Assembly: GCA_963695095.1 (NCBI GenBank)
Contig: CAVOFT010000001.1
Span: 96,001-160,000, forward strand
Length of the DNA: 64,000 bases
Direction: 5' to 3'
From: an uncultured bacterium
GTDB lineage: Bacteria; Krumholzibacteriota; Krumholzibacteriia; JACNKJ01
How positions within the stretch are numbered: position 1 is the stretch's first letter; each line of letters begins with the position of its first letter. Under the pieces are notes generated by a model. That model was given only the letters and a program-made list of their open reading frames with translations, was not told where the DNA came from and searched no databases. The position numbers and the translations under genes were made by a program. This document shows positions 40,720 through 50,916 of this stretch, piece after piece.

Positions 40720-41791
40720 GTGGCCACCGATCCCCAAGCGAAGCTCCGCCGCCTGCTGACCGGCTCCATTCCCTATCCGGAGACGGGCCGCGTCTGGCTC
40801 GTCGACACGGGGCTGGACTTCCTCGCCCGCGAGGCCGCGGCCGCGCTCGGCAGCGGGCGCCTGGGCATCGTCGAGCGCGATCTCGTCAGCGCCCGGCGAC
40901 TGAGCGCCGCGCTGCCTGAGCTGTCCATCGTCCATGCCCCGCGCGCGCCGGCCGAGGCCGGTGACTTCGCCGTCCTGCCCATGGACAAGGATCGCCGCGC
41001 GCTCTTCGGCGCCCTGGCCGATCTGGCCGCCCGCATCGGCCCCGCGGGCGGCCTGGCCGTCTACGGCGCTCGCCGCGAAGGCATCGAGCCCGCCTTGAAC
41101 TACCTCGCAGACTTCTGCACGCTGGCGCCGCCGCTGGCGCGAGCGGGCCTGCGCCTGGCCCTGGCCCGGCCCCAGGCCGGGCGCGCCCCGACGCCGCCGG
41201 ACCTGCCCGCGAGCTATCTCGCCGAGGCCCGCGGCTGCCGCGTGCCCGTGGCCTGCCGCCCCGGCGTCTTCAGCTGGCGCGGCCTGGATGCCGCCACGGC
41301 CCTGATGCTGGAGCGCTCGTGCGCCCCGGGCCGGCGATCGCCTGCTCGATCTCGGCTGCGGCGCCGGCGTCGTGGCCGCCCTGCTCCTCGCCGAAGGCCG
41401 CGTCACCCAGGCGACCCTGGTGGACAGCGACGCGCTCGCCCTGGAGGCCGCCGCGGCGACGCTCGCGCTCAACGGGCTGTCGGCGCCGGCGGCAGTGCTG
41501 CAGGCCGGGGACGCGGGCGCCGAGCTGGAGCGCTCCAGCTTCGATCTCATCCTCTGCAATCCGCCCCTCCACCGGGGCTTTGCCGCCGAATGGGACGCGC
41601 CGGCCCGCATGATCGACGAGAGCATGCGCCTGCTCGCGCCGCGCGGGCGCCTGCTCATCGTCGGGCCGCCGGCCCTGCGTCTGGGGCCGCGCCTGGCCGT
41701 GCGTTTCCAGGAGAGCGAGCGCCTGAGCGCAGACATCGCCCTGGAGCTCTGGCGCGCTGCGCGGCCGCGCCGGCCGTCTCCGAGGTGCTGA
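40720..41791 (+). CDS. Class I SAM methyltransferase, RsmC/MTS-like (frameshift near 41320)
   Basis: PGVFSWRGLDAATALM, then LLDLGCGAG and ILCNPPLH in the next frame. Confidence 0.8.
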
Positions 41792-42967
41792 TGCTCGACC
41801 GCGACCTGCTGAGCGCCGAGTTCCCCCTCACGCGCGACTGGTGCTACCTGGCCTCGGCCAGCAACGGCATCCTGCCCGAGCGCAGCCGGCGCTACCTGGA
41901 GCGCTACTTCGCCGAGCACCACTACCTCGAACTGGGCCGGCACTACCGCATGTTCGACGACCTGGGCGCCATCCGCGAGCGCGCGGCCCGGCTCTTCGGC
42001 GGCCAGGCCGCCAACTGGGCGCTGCTGCCCAACACCAGCTACGGGCTGAACAGCGTGGCCGCGGCCATCGACTGGCGCGCGGGCGACAACGTGGTGCTCG
42101 CCGACTGCGAGTTCCCCGCCAACGTGGCGCCCTGGCAGAACCTCGCCCGCCGCGGCGTCGCCATCCAGTGGGTGGCGGCCCGCGGCCTGCGCGCGCAGGC
42201 CGACTCCCTGATCGCCGCCTGCAATGGCCGCACCCGCGCGCTGGCGGTCAGCGGCGTGCAGTTCCACAACGGCTACGCCCCCGATCTCGCGCGGCTGGCC
42301 GCCTTCTGCCGGGAGCAGCGGATCTGGCTCTGCGTCGACGGCATCCAGGGCCTGGGCAATCGCCACTGGCAACTGCCCGAGCTCGGCGTCGATTTCCTCG
42401 CCGCCGGCGGCCAGAAGTGGCTCTGCGCGCCGCGGGGCACGGGTCTGCTCTACCTGTCGGATCGCGCGCTGGGCGCGCTGCGGCGGGCGAGCGTCGAAGC
42501 AGGCCCATCTCGGCTGGCTGAATACCGAGGAGTGGAAGTTCACGGACCTGCTCAACTACACGCGGCCGCTCAGCCAGGACGCCCGGCGCCTGGAGGTGGG
42601 CACCTACGCCTTCCACGACCTCATCTGCCTGGGGCACTCGCTGGAGCTGCTCGAATCGCTGGGGCTCGCCGCCGTGGCCGCGCATGGCGACGCCCTGCGC
42701 GAACGCCTGCTGGACGGCCTCGTCGCCGCGGACTTGCTGGCGCCGGCGGGTCCCTACAGCGCCTGCTGCATCGATGACGTCGTGGCGCGGCGCAGCCAGA
42801 TCCTCGCCCTCGGCTGCCCGGATCCCATCGGCGCCTGGCGCCTGCTCGCGGCGCGGCGGATCGCGGTGAATCCCCGCGAAGGCGGCATCCGCATCGCCTT
42901 CCATCACTACAATCGCGAAGAGGACGTGGATCGCCTGCTGGAGGCGCTGGCCGCGATCGCGGCCTAG
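41791..42967 (+). CDS. Aminotransferase class V PLP enzyme (frameshift near 42505)
   Basis: NTSYGL, EFPANVAPW, VDGIQGLG, AGGQKWLCAPRGTG, RLEVGT, IRIAFHHYN; TGATG overlap with the upstream gene. Confidence 0.88.
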
Positions 42968-43272
42968 TGGCTGGCGCGCAGGCGTTCGAGAAGCACGCCG
43001 TGGAGCCGCCGCTGGAACTCCTCGGGGATGTCCTCGAAGCGGATCTCCTGGGTGAGCGCCTGCGTCTGCAGGTAGGTCTCCGCGCAGTGCTGGCAATCGG
43101 GGCAGGCCATCAGGTGCAGGTCGATGCTGCGCCGCTCGGCCGCCGTCAGCTCGCCTTCGATGTAGTCGATGAGCAGCTGAGCCACCTCGCGGCAGGGCTG
43201 CATGCGAATGCCGAAGGGGCGGCCCAGCATCAGGCCGAGCATGGCGAACAGGCGACGCGGGCTAGCCATCAC
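42964..43272 (-). CDS. Zinc-binding anti-sigma factor (zf-HC2)
   Basis: CREVAQLLIDYIEGEL..HLMACPDC; directly after an ECF sigma gene. Confidence 0.88.
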   Translation of the reverse strand: MMASPRRLFAMLGLMLGRPFGIRMQPCREVAQLLIDYIEGELTAAERRSIDLHLMACPDCQHCAETYLQTQALTQEIRFEDIPEEFQRRLHGVLLERLRASH

Positions 43273-43967
43273 TCCTCGAACTCCTTGGCCAGATGGGCCC
43301 GCAGCATGAGGCGGGCGCGATGGAGGCGGCTCTTCACGGCGGGCACCGACAGCTCGAGCAGCTCGCCGATCTCCTGGCGGCTGCGACCTTCCATGTCCGC
43401 CAGCACGAGAACGCTCTGGTAGTCGTCGGGCATTTCGGCGATGGCCTGGCGCACCATGCGGCGGGTCTGCTCGCGCTCGGTATCGAGGACGGCCCCGCGC
43501 CAGCGCCCGACAGGATTGATGTGGTGGCCCTGGGCGTCGAAGCCGAGCAGGGGGTCGGCCCAGGCCTGCTCCGGCCGCCGCCCCAGGGAGCGCCGGCGCA
43601 TCAGCGAGAGATTCAGCCCCAGCTTGTAGACCCAGGTGCCCAGGCTCGAGCGCCCCTCGAACTGGGCGATGCTGTCCAAGAGCCGGATGAAGGTGTCCTG
43701 GGTGACCTCTTCGGCGTCCTCGACGCTGCCGGTGATCTTGAGGGCGAGCTGGTAGATGCGCTGCTGGTGCTCGCTGAGCACGCTGCGCAGGGCGGCCTCG
43801 TCGCGGGCGGCCAGGCGGTCCAGGAGCTTGCGCTCCGCCTCGCTGAGGCGCGCCTCGATGCTGGGGCTGGGCCCCTTGGCCGAGCCCTCCCCTGCCTGCG
43901 TCCAGCTTATGAAAAGCAGCATGCGGCCATTGAATGCGCTCGCGGCGTCCATCTCAAGCACTTTCAT
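43269..43967 (-). CDS. ECF RNA polymerase sigma factor (start uncertain)
   Basis: DAEEVTQDTF, SSLGTWVYKL, EIGELLELSVPAVKSRLHRAR. Confidence 0.92.
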   Translation of the reverse strand: MKVLEMDAASAFNGRMLLFISWTQAGEGSAKGPSPSIEARLSEAERKLLDRLAARDEAALRSVLSEHQQRIYQLALKITGSVEDAEEVTQDTFIRLLDSIAQFEGRSSLGTWVYKLGLNLSLMRRRSLGRRPEQAWADPLLGFDAQGHHINPVGRWRGAVLDTEREQTRRMVRQAIAEMPDDYQSVLVLADMEGRSRQEIGELLELSVPAVKSRLHRARLMLRAHLAKEFEE

Positions 43968-44054
43968 CGAGATCGCGGGAAGAGGGCCTCTCTATCCTGT
44001 CCGCATCGGATGCTCGGCGGGGCGGCGGAGATTCCGGCTCTCTCCGCCAGGAAG

Positions 44055-45212
44055 CTAGGTTAGCAGGGGCTGGATGACCGCCACGAGCAGGGTCACGGCC
44101 TGATCGATCTCCGCCGGCTTGCTCATGCGGCCGAGGCTGAGGCGCAGGGTGCCCCGCGCCCAGGCCGGCTCCAGGCCCATCGCGGCCAGCACGGCCGAGA
44201 GCTTGCCGCCCTCGGCGTTGCAGGCGGCGCCAGGGCTGGCCGCGAGCTTGTCGCCCAGTTGGGCCAGGAGCTCACCGGCTTCGAGACCATGGAAGGAGAC
44301 GCTGAGCGTGCCCGGCAGACAGGCGCGGGGGCGGCTTTCCGCAAGGCCGTTGACCCGCATCCACCGCTCGTCGAAGTGCTGGCGCAGGCCGGCCAGCAGC
44401 CGGCCCCGCAGCTCGCGGCAGCGGGCCATCTCCTCCTCGAGCTGGCCGGCCGCCAGGCGCGCGGCCTCGCCGAGGCCGACGATGCCCGGCACGTTCTCGG
44501 TGCCCGCCCGGCGCCCGTCCTCCTGGCTCGCGCCCAGATGGAGGGCCGGCAGCGTCCGGCCTCGCCGCTGGTAGAGCGCGCCCACGCCCTTGGGGGCATA
44601 GAACTTGTGCCCGGCCAGGCTCAGGTAGTCCACGTCCAGGTGCGTCACGTCCACGGGGATCTTGCCGACCGCCTGGGCCGCATCGCAGTGCATGGGCACC
44701 CCGCGGGCCCGGCAGCGGGCGGCCAGCTCGGCGATCGGCTGCAGGGTGCCCACTTCGTTGTTGGCGAGCATCACCGAGACCAGGGCCGTCTCCTCGTCGA
44801 GGGCGGCCTCCAGATCGCCGACGTGGACGGCGCCCCCCGCATCCACGGGCAGCAGGCTGAGCCGCCATCCCTGCGCCGCCAGGCGGCGCGCGGGCTCCAT
44901 CACGGCGGGGTGCTCGACCGCGCTCACGATGAGGTGCCGCCGCTCGGGCGGGGCGGCGGCGGCCAGGCCGAAGATCGCCGTGTTGTTGGCCTCGGTGCCG
45001 CCGCTCGTGAAGAGGATCTCTTCGGGCGCGGCGCCCAGCAGCGCCGCGACTTCGCCGCGCGCCCGCTCGACAGCTGCGCGGGCCCGCCGACCCAGCGCAT
45101 GCGCGCTGGACGGATTGGCGTAGTTTTCCTGGAGGGTGTCCAGCAAGGCTGCCGCCACCCGCGGATCCACGGGCGTCGTGGCATTATAGTCCAGATACAG
45201 GAATTCCCGCAT
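44055..45212 (-). CDS. Cysteine desulfurase, IscS/NifS-like group I
   Basis: YLDYNATTP, FTSGGTEANN, ANNEVG, AGHKFYAPKG, RAGTEN, SPGAAC. Confidence 0.93.
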   Translation of the reverse strand: MREFLYLDYNATTPVDPRVAAALLDTLQENYANPSSAHALGRRARAAVERARGEVAALLGAAPEEILFTSGGTEANNTAIFGLAAAAPPERRHLIVSAVEHPAVMEPARRLAAQGWRLSLLPVDAGGAVHVGDLEAALDEETALVSVMLANNEVGTLQPIAELAARCRARGVPMHCDAAQAVGKIPVDVTHLDVDYLSLAGHKFYAPKGVGALYQRRGRTLPALHLGASQEDGRRAGTENVPGIVGLGEAARLAAGQLEEEMARCRELRGRLLAGLRQHFDERWMRVNGLAESRPRACLPGTLSVSFHGLEAGELLAQLGDKLAASPGAACNAEGGKLSAVLAAMGLEPAWARGTLRLSLGRMSKPAEIDQAVTLLVAVIQPLLT

Positions 45213-45415
45213 TTGCCGTTCCCCCCGGTCAGGCGGCGCTAGATTAGGACTTGCCGGCGTCGCTGCCTACGAAAATTCGTAACCCCCCGTCCGGAAGGGC
45301 GGCCAGCCTCTCGCTTGACGCCTTGCGGGCCATCTAATCCGCGATGATGTTAGGACTTGCGGAATTGCCCGCCAAGCTGCAGCCTGGAGGGGCGCCCAGC
45401 TCCCGGAGGTTCCCG

Positions 45416-45721
45416 ATGGCCCACATCGTCACCGGCAACTGCGAAAACTGCCGCTTCACCGACTGCGTCACCGTCTGCCCGGTGGACTGCTTCCACGGCG
45501 ACGAGAAGATGCTCTACATCGACCCCGAGGAGTGCATCGACTGCGCGGCCTGCGTGGAGGAGTGCCCGGTCCAGGCGATCTACGCCGAGGACGACGTGCC
45601 CGCCGGTGAGCAGCAGTGGATCGCCATCAACGCCGAGCGGGCGCCCGGCCTGCCCGTGGTCAACGAAAAGCAGGATCCCCTGCCCGGCGCCGATGCGCGC
45701 AAGAAGGACCTCGGGCTCTAG
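45416..45721 (+). CDS. 7Fe-type dicluster ferredoxin (FdxA-like)
   Basis: CENCRFTDCVTVCPVDCF..IDPEECIDCAACVEECPV. Confidence 0.93.
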   Translation: MAHIVTGNCENCRFTDCVTVCPVDCFHGDEKMLYIDPEECIDCAACVEECPVQAIYAEDDVPAGEQQWIAINAERAPGLPVVNEKQDPLPGADARKKDLGL

Positions 45722-47091
45722 TCGATCTCCTGGATCAGGAAGCGGTGCTTGCCGATGCGCGTCTTCTCGATGCGCTCGACATGCTCCACGCTGAGCTTGA
45801 CCCCCGGCCCGCAGTGCTTCTCCAGCGCCGCCAGGATGCGCCGCTCCTCGCTCTCGTCGTAGCGCGGGCCGGGCACCACCTTGAGCAGCGCTTCGCCGGC
45901 CAGCTTCTGGTGGAACTGGAACTGGTCCACGGCCACGAAGAGATCGTCGTGGCGGTTGATGCTCGTCATCGAGATGCGGCGGCCGTCGGCGGCCACGAGC
46001 AGCTCTTGCAGACGGCCGTCCGGGCGCCCGATCAGCGGGAAGGGCAGGCCGCAGGAGCAGCGCCGCGCCGTGTAGACCGCGCGGTCGCCGGTGCGATAGC
46101 GGATGAGCGGGAAGTAGTCGTGGAGCAGCGTCGTGCCCACGACCTCGCCGACGGCGCCCTCCTCGGTGACCGGCCGGCCGGCCTCGTCGATCAGCTCCAG
46201 CACGCCGTACTCGCTGAAGACGTGATAGCCCTCCCCCGCGGGGCACTGCGCGGCGGCCACGACGCGCTCGCTGTGGCCGTAGAGGTCCAGCACCGGCGCC
46301 GCGAAGGCCTGCTCGACGCGGGCGCGCTGGGCGTCGTAGAGGGTTTCGCTGCTGGTGATCACCGCGCGCACGGGCAGCCGCTCGCCGGCCTCCAGGAGCA
46401 AGGCGGCGAAGGCGCTCACGGCCGAGGGATAGCCGCGGAAGATCTCGGGGCGGAAGCTCCTCGCGAGCGGCAACATCCACTGGAAGTTCTCGCGCGTGAG
46501 GTCGTCGCTGCTCAGCGCCAGCGTGTTGCGGCGCCGGTCCTGGCTCCAGAGCGCGCGCTGGCCGTCCTTCTGGCCCGCGCTGCCTGCGCACATCACCTCG
46601 CGGCTGGTGTCGCTGAGGCCCGCCCAGCTGCGGAAGCGCACGACGAAGGCGAACTCCGTCGGGTAGGTGCGCGTCTTGTGCCGGTAGAAGCCGACGGGGA
46701 TGCCGCTGGAACCGCCGGTGCTCGCGTACTGGAGGACCGCGCGATCCTGGCCCTCGGGCACCATGGCCTCCGTGTTGTCCCGCAGCTCCTCCCGGCCGAT
46801 GAAGGGCAGGCGCTCCAGGTCCTCGCGCCGCTTGAAGTCCTCCGGCGCCATGCCGAGCGCGGCGAAGCGCGCCCGCCAGTAGGGCGTGCGCCGCGCGGCG
46901 TCGCGGACCCTCTCCACCAGCTTCGCCTCCTGCCACTCGGCCAGCCGTTCCGGACTCCAGTGCTGGCTGCGCGAGATGAGCCGCCAGGTCTCGGCGAAGG
47001 CGCCGCGGTGCCGCCAGGAGGGCGGCAGCTTCCAGTAGAGGCGGTGACTGAGGCGGTCCGCGGCGAGCGCGGGCACCGGCGGCGCGACCAT
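45718..47091 (-). CDS. Phenylacetate-CoA ligase family / CapK-like adenylate-forming enzyme
   Basis: STGGSSGIP, GYPS, DLYGHSE, PLIRYRTGD, GKHRF. Confidence 0.88.
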   Translation of the reverse strand: MVAPPVPALAADRLSHRLYWKLPPSWRHRGAFAETWRLISRSQHWSPERLAEWQEAKLVERVRDAARRTPYWRARFAALGMAPEDFKRREDLERLPFIGREELRDNTEAMVPEGQDRAVLQYASTGGSSGIPVGFYRHKTRTYPTEFAFVVRFRSWAGLSDTSREVMCAGSAGQKDGQRALWSQDRRRNTLALSSDDLTRENFQWMLPLARSFRPEIFRGYPSAVSAFAALLLEAGERLPVRAVITSSETLYDAQRARVEQAFAAPVLDLYGHSERVVAAAQCPAGEGYHVFSEYGVLELIDEAGRPVTEEGAVGEVVGTTLLHDYFPLIRYRTGDRAVYTARRCSCGLPFPLIGRPDGRLQELLVAADGRRISMTSINRHDDLFVAVDQFQFHQKLAGEALLKVVPGPRYDESEERRILAALEKHCGPGVKLSVEHVERIEKTRIGKHRFLIQEID

Positions 47092-47093
47092 GG

Positions 47094-48443
47094 CTAGCGA
47101 CCTCCCCGTGGAATCAGCAGCCTCATCAGGCGGAAGGGCAGGGCCAGCAGGCCGAAGAGGCCGCGGCGCAGCCCGAGCAGCCAGGCCGGCGCCTCGCGCG
47201 CGAAGAGCTGGCCCCAGTGCAGGCGAAAGGTCTCCTCCCGGAACCACCAGCGCAGGGCGCTGGCCAGGTAGCCGGGGCGGCGCTTCAGGTGCATCCAGAT
47301 GCTCGGGTACTGGATGGCCAGGTAGGGCCCGCCCGTGACCCAGAACTTGCTGCAGGGCCGCTCGTGATTCAGCGGATGGCTGCACCAGTCGAGGTTGTCC
47401 AGGGTGAGCGCGGCCTCGGCGGGCGTCTCCAGGCGCACGCGCCAGTCCTCGGTCTGGCGCACGGGCGTGACCCCCAGGCCCGCCACGCCCCGCTCGTCGA
47501 GCTCGATGCGGAACACTGCGTTGTTGCGCTGACTGCGCCGGAAGAGCGCCAGCTCGGCCTGCGAGAGGAAGGGCTCGTAGTCCACGAGCAAGCTGCCCAG
47601 GCTGTAGAAGATGGCCGCCTGGCGCCCGTCCGGGCGCCGCCGCCACTCGATGCCCTGCAGGAAGTGCGGGTGGTGGCCGAGGATCACATCCGCGCCGGCG
47701 TCCACGATGGCGCGGCAGTCGGCCTGGTGCTCCGGCGCCGGAAAGTCCACGAACTCGCGGCCCTTGTGCACGGAGACGAGGATGAGATCCGCCTTCTGGC
47801 GAGCGCGGAGGACATCCTCGATGACGAGCCGGCGGCGCCAGGGGGCGTTGCCGGGGCTCGCCTCGCCGGCGTTGCTGTTCGGATCGTCGGTGGCGTAGGA
47901 GAGCAGGGCGACGGTCATGCCCTTCACCTGCAGCAGGGCCGGCTGGCGCGCGGCGGCCAGGTGGGCGCCGCTGCCGCTGGTCGCGATGCCCGCCTCGGCC
48001 AGGCGCGCCCGCGTGAACTCGATGGGCGCGAGCCCATGGTCCATGGTGTGGTTGCTGGCCAGACAGGCCAGGTTGAAGCCCCCGGCGACGAAGTGCGGGA
48101 TCAGCGCGGGGTCCGTGAGGTAGCTGATGCGCTTGTCCGGCTCCCACATCGTCGCGCCCTCGCGCGGCCCGAAGACCGTCTCGAGCTGGGCGAAGACGAG
48201 GTCGGCGTCCGCCCAGAGCCGTCGCAGCTCGGCGAAGGGATACTCCGGCGCCTGCTCGAGCAGGTGGGCCATGAGGTCCCGCTCCCAGATGATATCGCCC
48301 GAGGCGTAGAGCACGAGGCGCTCGGCGCCGGCCGGGCCGCTGCGGTCCGGCGGCGCGATGCGGCCGCTCGTGCGGTCGAGCCGAAAGCGGGTGGAGCAGT
48401 CCTCGGCGCGAAACCAGCGGGGGACCTTGGCGCTCGCAGGCAA
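47094..48443 (-). CDS. CapA/PgsA-family metallophosphatase-fold protein
   Basis: SGDI, QLET, LASNHTMDHG, SVHKGRE, ILGHHPHFLQ, FYSLG. Confidence 0.9.
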   Translation of the reverse strand: MPASAKVPRWFRAEDCSTRFRLDRTSGRIAPPDRSGPAGAERLVLYASGDIIWERDLMAHLLEQAPEYPFAELRRLWADADLVFAQLETVFGPREGATMWEPDKRISYLTDPALIPHFVAGGFNLACLASNHTMDHGLAPIEFTRARLAEAGIATSGSGAHLAAARQPALLQVKGMTVALLSYATDDPNSNAGEASPGNAPWRRRLVIEDVLRARQKADLILVSVHKGREFVDFPAPEHQADCRAIVDAGADVILGHHPHFLQGIEWRRRPDGRQAAIFYSLGSLLVDYEPFLSQAELALFRRSQRNNAVFRIELDERGVAGLGVTPVRQTEDWRVRLETPAEAALTLDNLDWCSHPLNHERPCSKFWVTGGPYLAIQYPSIWMHLKRRPGYLASALRWWFREETFRLHWGQLFAREAPAWLLGLRRGLFGLLALPFRLMRLLIPRGGR

Positions 48444-48611
48444 GGCTGGGGGCCTCCGGAATGGGGGGGTAATTGCGCGATCCGCTGTCGGACCGTCGCG
48501 ATGGGCCGCACTCTAGCGCGGCGCGCCCGCCGGGTCACGCGAATCGTGCGCCGCATGGAGGCGGCGGGGCCCCGCGCCGGCAGTACCGGGCAGGCGGCCC
48601 CGGCCCCCTGC

Positions 48612-49203
48612 TCAGGGCCTCGCCAGGCCGATCACCCCGCAGGCGATGCGCGCTCCGGAGTTGCCGGTGGGCTGGGTGCTGAGATCGTCCTCCTCGGCAT
48701 GCACGACCACCGAACGGCCAAGGATGCCGGCGGGGCCATTCAGGCTGAAGTGCGGGCTGAGCCACTCCAGATGCGCCTTGCCGGCGGCATCCGCCACGAG
48801 GTTGCCGAGATCGCCGCGATGGCTCTTGCCCTCGCCGGGCGCGCCGTGGGCCTCGCCGGGGGCCATGTAGTGCGGCCCGGCCGACGTGAAGTCCGCCGCG
48901 CTCAGATCGCCGAACTCGTGGATGTGGAAGCCGTGCTTGCCCGGCGCGAGCCCACCGATGTTCGGCCACGATCTTCACGCCGCCGGGCGTCTGCTCGAAG
49001 GTGACCGTGCCGCGGACCGCAGCGCCGGCCGCCGGCATGAGCACGGCGATGGCCTTGCCGGCCGCCATCGGCGCGGGCGGCGCGCCCTGCGTTCCTCGCT
49101 TGTGCCCGTCCTGGGGCGGCGCCGGCTGGGCGCCGGCCGTGGCGAGGCTCGCGACGAGCAGGCAGGCCGCGAGGCTGAAGGCAAGGGGGAAACGCTCTTT
49201 CAT
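48612..49203 (-). CDS. sodC: Periplasmic Cu/Zn superoxide dismutase (frameshift near 48955)
   Basis: Signal peptide; GKHGFHIHEFGD..SAGPHY, HRGDLGNL, GRSVVVHAEEDD, GNSGARIACGVI. Confidence 0.92.
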
Positions 49204-49317
49204 GGTTCGAGCTCGCTTTCGGTGAGGGTGCGAAGGCAGAAGCTGGCGGCCAGGCCCCGGGGGACGAGGGGGTCCGCCCGGGGGCAGTCTAGCAGATCGC
49301 TCCGGCGGGCGGCAGGC

Positions 49318-50802
49318 CTAGCGAGCTCGGCGCCCGCGGCTCAGGCGCTCCAGCACGGCGCGCAGCATGCCGCGCGCCGGGGGATCCAGGCCCACGGCCA
49401 GCGCGCCATAGACGGCAATGCCCACCGGCACCCGCAGGGCCAGGGTGAGCGCATGGTTCTCGCTGGCCGGCACGGCGCGCACGGCGAGGTACATGGCCGC
49501 GCCGGCGAGGGTGTAGACGGCGAAGCTGCGCAGCGGGAAGCGCAGGCGCAGGAAGCGCTGGCTGAAGAGGCCGCCGCCGAAGACGTAGACTGCATAGGCG
49601 ATCAAGGTCGTGATCGCGGCGCCGACCATGCCCATCGCGGGGATCATCACCCAGTTCAGGCCCAGGTTGAGCAAGGCGGCCACCGCGAGGAAGAGGGCCA
49701 GCCAGCCCGTGCGCTTGGTGAGGAAGAGGCCGGCGAGGAAGGGATAGTAGGCGCCCTGGATCACCTTCGCCCCCAGCACCCAGGGAATCACCTCGGCGGC
49801 GGGCAGGTACTTGGCGCTGGCCAGCAGCCCGATCAGCTCCTCGGCCACGGCGCTGACGCCGAAGAGCACGGGCAGCGCGACGAGGCTGTAGTAGCGCAGG
49901 AAGCTCTCCAGGCTGGCGCGGGCGCTGTCGGGGCCCTCTTCGTTCCAGACGTTCATCGTCACGGGAATGAGGGCGCTGTTGAGGGCCGAGACGAGAAACA
50001 TCGTCACGTAGTTGGCCATGTTGTAGCCGGCCGTGTAGAGCCCCAGCTCTGCCTCGCTGCGGAAATAGCTGAGCAGGTAGCGGTCGCCCCAGTCGGTGAC
50101 GAAGCCCGAGACGTTGAGTCCCAGCAGCGGCAGGCCGTAGAGCATGGACTCCCTGACCACGGGCAGGTTCAGGACGCGCCAGCGCCAGTCCAGGCGCCGC
50201 AGCGCATAGACCAGGCAATAGAGGAAGATCAGCCCTTCGGCCAGGAGCGTGCCCGTGAAGAAGCCGGTCAGGCCCCAGCCGAAGACGGCGGCGAAGAGCA
50301 GGGGCACGCCCATGGCCAGGTAGCGCTCGGCCAGGATGATGCCCGAGCGCAAGACGGCGCGCTCCTGGCTCTGCACGATGCTGAGCACCATCTGCGTGAG
50401 GTTGCGAAAGAGGATGAGCCCCGCGCAGAGGGCGATGAGCCGCCGCGCCTCGCTGGTCAGCAGGCCTTCGGGGATGAAGACCACCAGCAGGAAGAGCAGG
50501 CTGATCGCCGTGCCGATGAGGACGCTGGCGCTGAGCATCGACGAGGCGAGAGCGCCGGTGCCGCCCGGGCGCTTGCCGGCCTTGTACTCGCCCCAGAGCC
50601 GGACCACCGCCGGCCGCAGGCCCATGCCGCTCAAGGTGCTGGCGAACTTGAAGGTGCTGTCGACCAGGCCGAGGACGCCGTACTGGGCCTGGCTGAAGAT
50701 GCGCGTGAAAATCGGGAAGGAGATGAAGCCCGTCAGGGATGAGAGCGTCTCCGCCACGACATAGAAAGAGGCCTGGCGGCCCACGCGCTTGAGGACGGAC
50801 AC
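49318..50802 (-). CDS. Wzx-type oligosaccharide flippase (start uncertain, up to 50874)
   Basis: PIFTRIFSQAQYGVL, DRYLL..ELGLYTAG, LNWVMIPAMGMVGAA; about 12-14 TM segments. Confidence 0.9.
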   Translation of the reverse strand: MSVLKRVGRQASFYVVAETLSSLTGFISFPIFTRIFSQAQYGVLGLVDSTFKFASTLSGMGLRPAVVRLWGEYKAGKRPGGTGALASSMLSASVLIGTAISLLFLLVVFIPEGLLTSEARRLIALCAGLILFRNLTQMVLSIVQSQERAVLRSGIILAERYLAMGVPLLFAAVFGWGLTGFFTGTLLAEGLIFLYCLVYALRRLDWRWRVLNLPVVRESMLYGLPLLGLNVSGFVTDWGDRYLLSYFRSEAELGLYTAGYNMANYVTMFLVSALNSALIPVTMNVWNEEGPDSARASLESFLRYYSLVALPVLFGVSAVAEELIGLLASAKYLPAAEVIPWVLGAKVIQGAYYPFLAGLFLTKRTGWLALFLAVAALLNLGLNWVMIPAMGMVGAAITTLIAYAVYVFGGGLFSQRFLRLRFPLRSFAVYTLAGAAMYLAVRAVPASENHALTLALRVPVGIAVYGALAVGLDPPARGMLRAVLERLSRGRRAR

Positions 50803-50916
50803 GGCGGCTCCGGGACTGGGGACTGGGGGCGCGCGAGGTCGAGGCAGCCTAGGAGTGCCGACTGCCGCCGTCAATGCCTGCTTTGGCGCCGCGGCTCCGC
50901 GGCCGCGCCGCTCCCG

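Noticed and set aside
40603..42777. Apparent methyltransferase-aminotransferase fusion
   Set aside because: Created by frameshifts; a TGATG stop/start junction at 41789-41793 separates the two genes
45280..45310. SRP-RNA-like GGAA tetraloop hairpin
   Set aside because: Lacks the conserved CAGG/AGCAG internal loop
45718..48147. 809-aa extended ligase
   Set aside because: N-terminal part is an alternative frame of the CapA gene; the real start is 47091
47094..48443. Poly-gamma-glutamate capsule locus
   Set aside because: capB and capC are absent from the window
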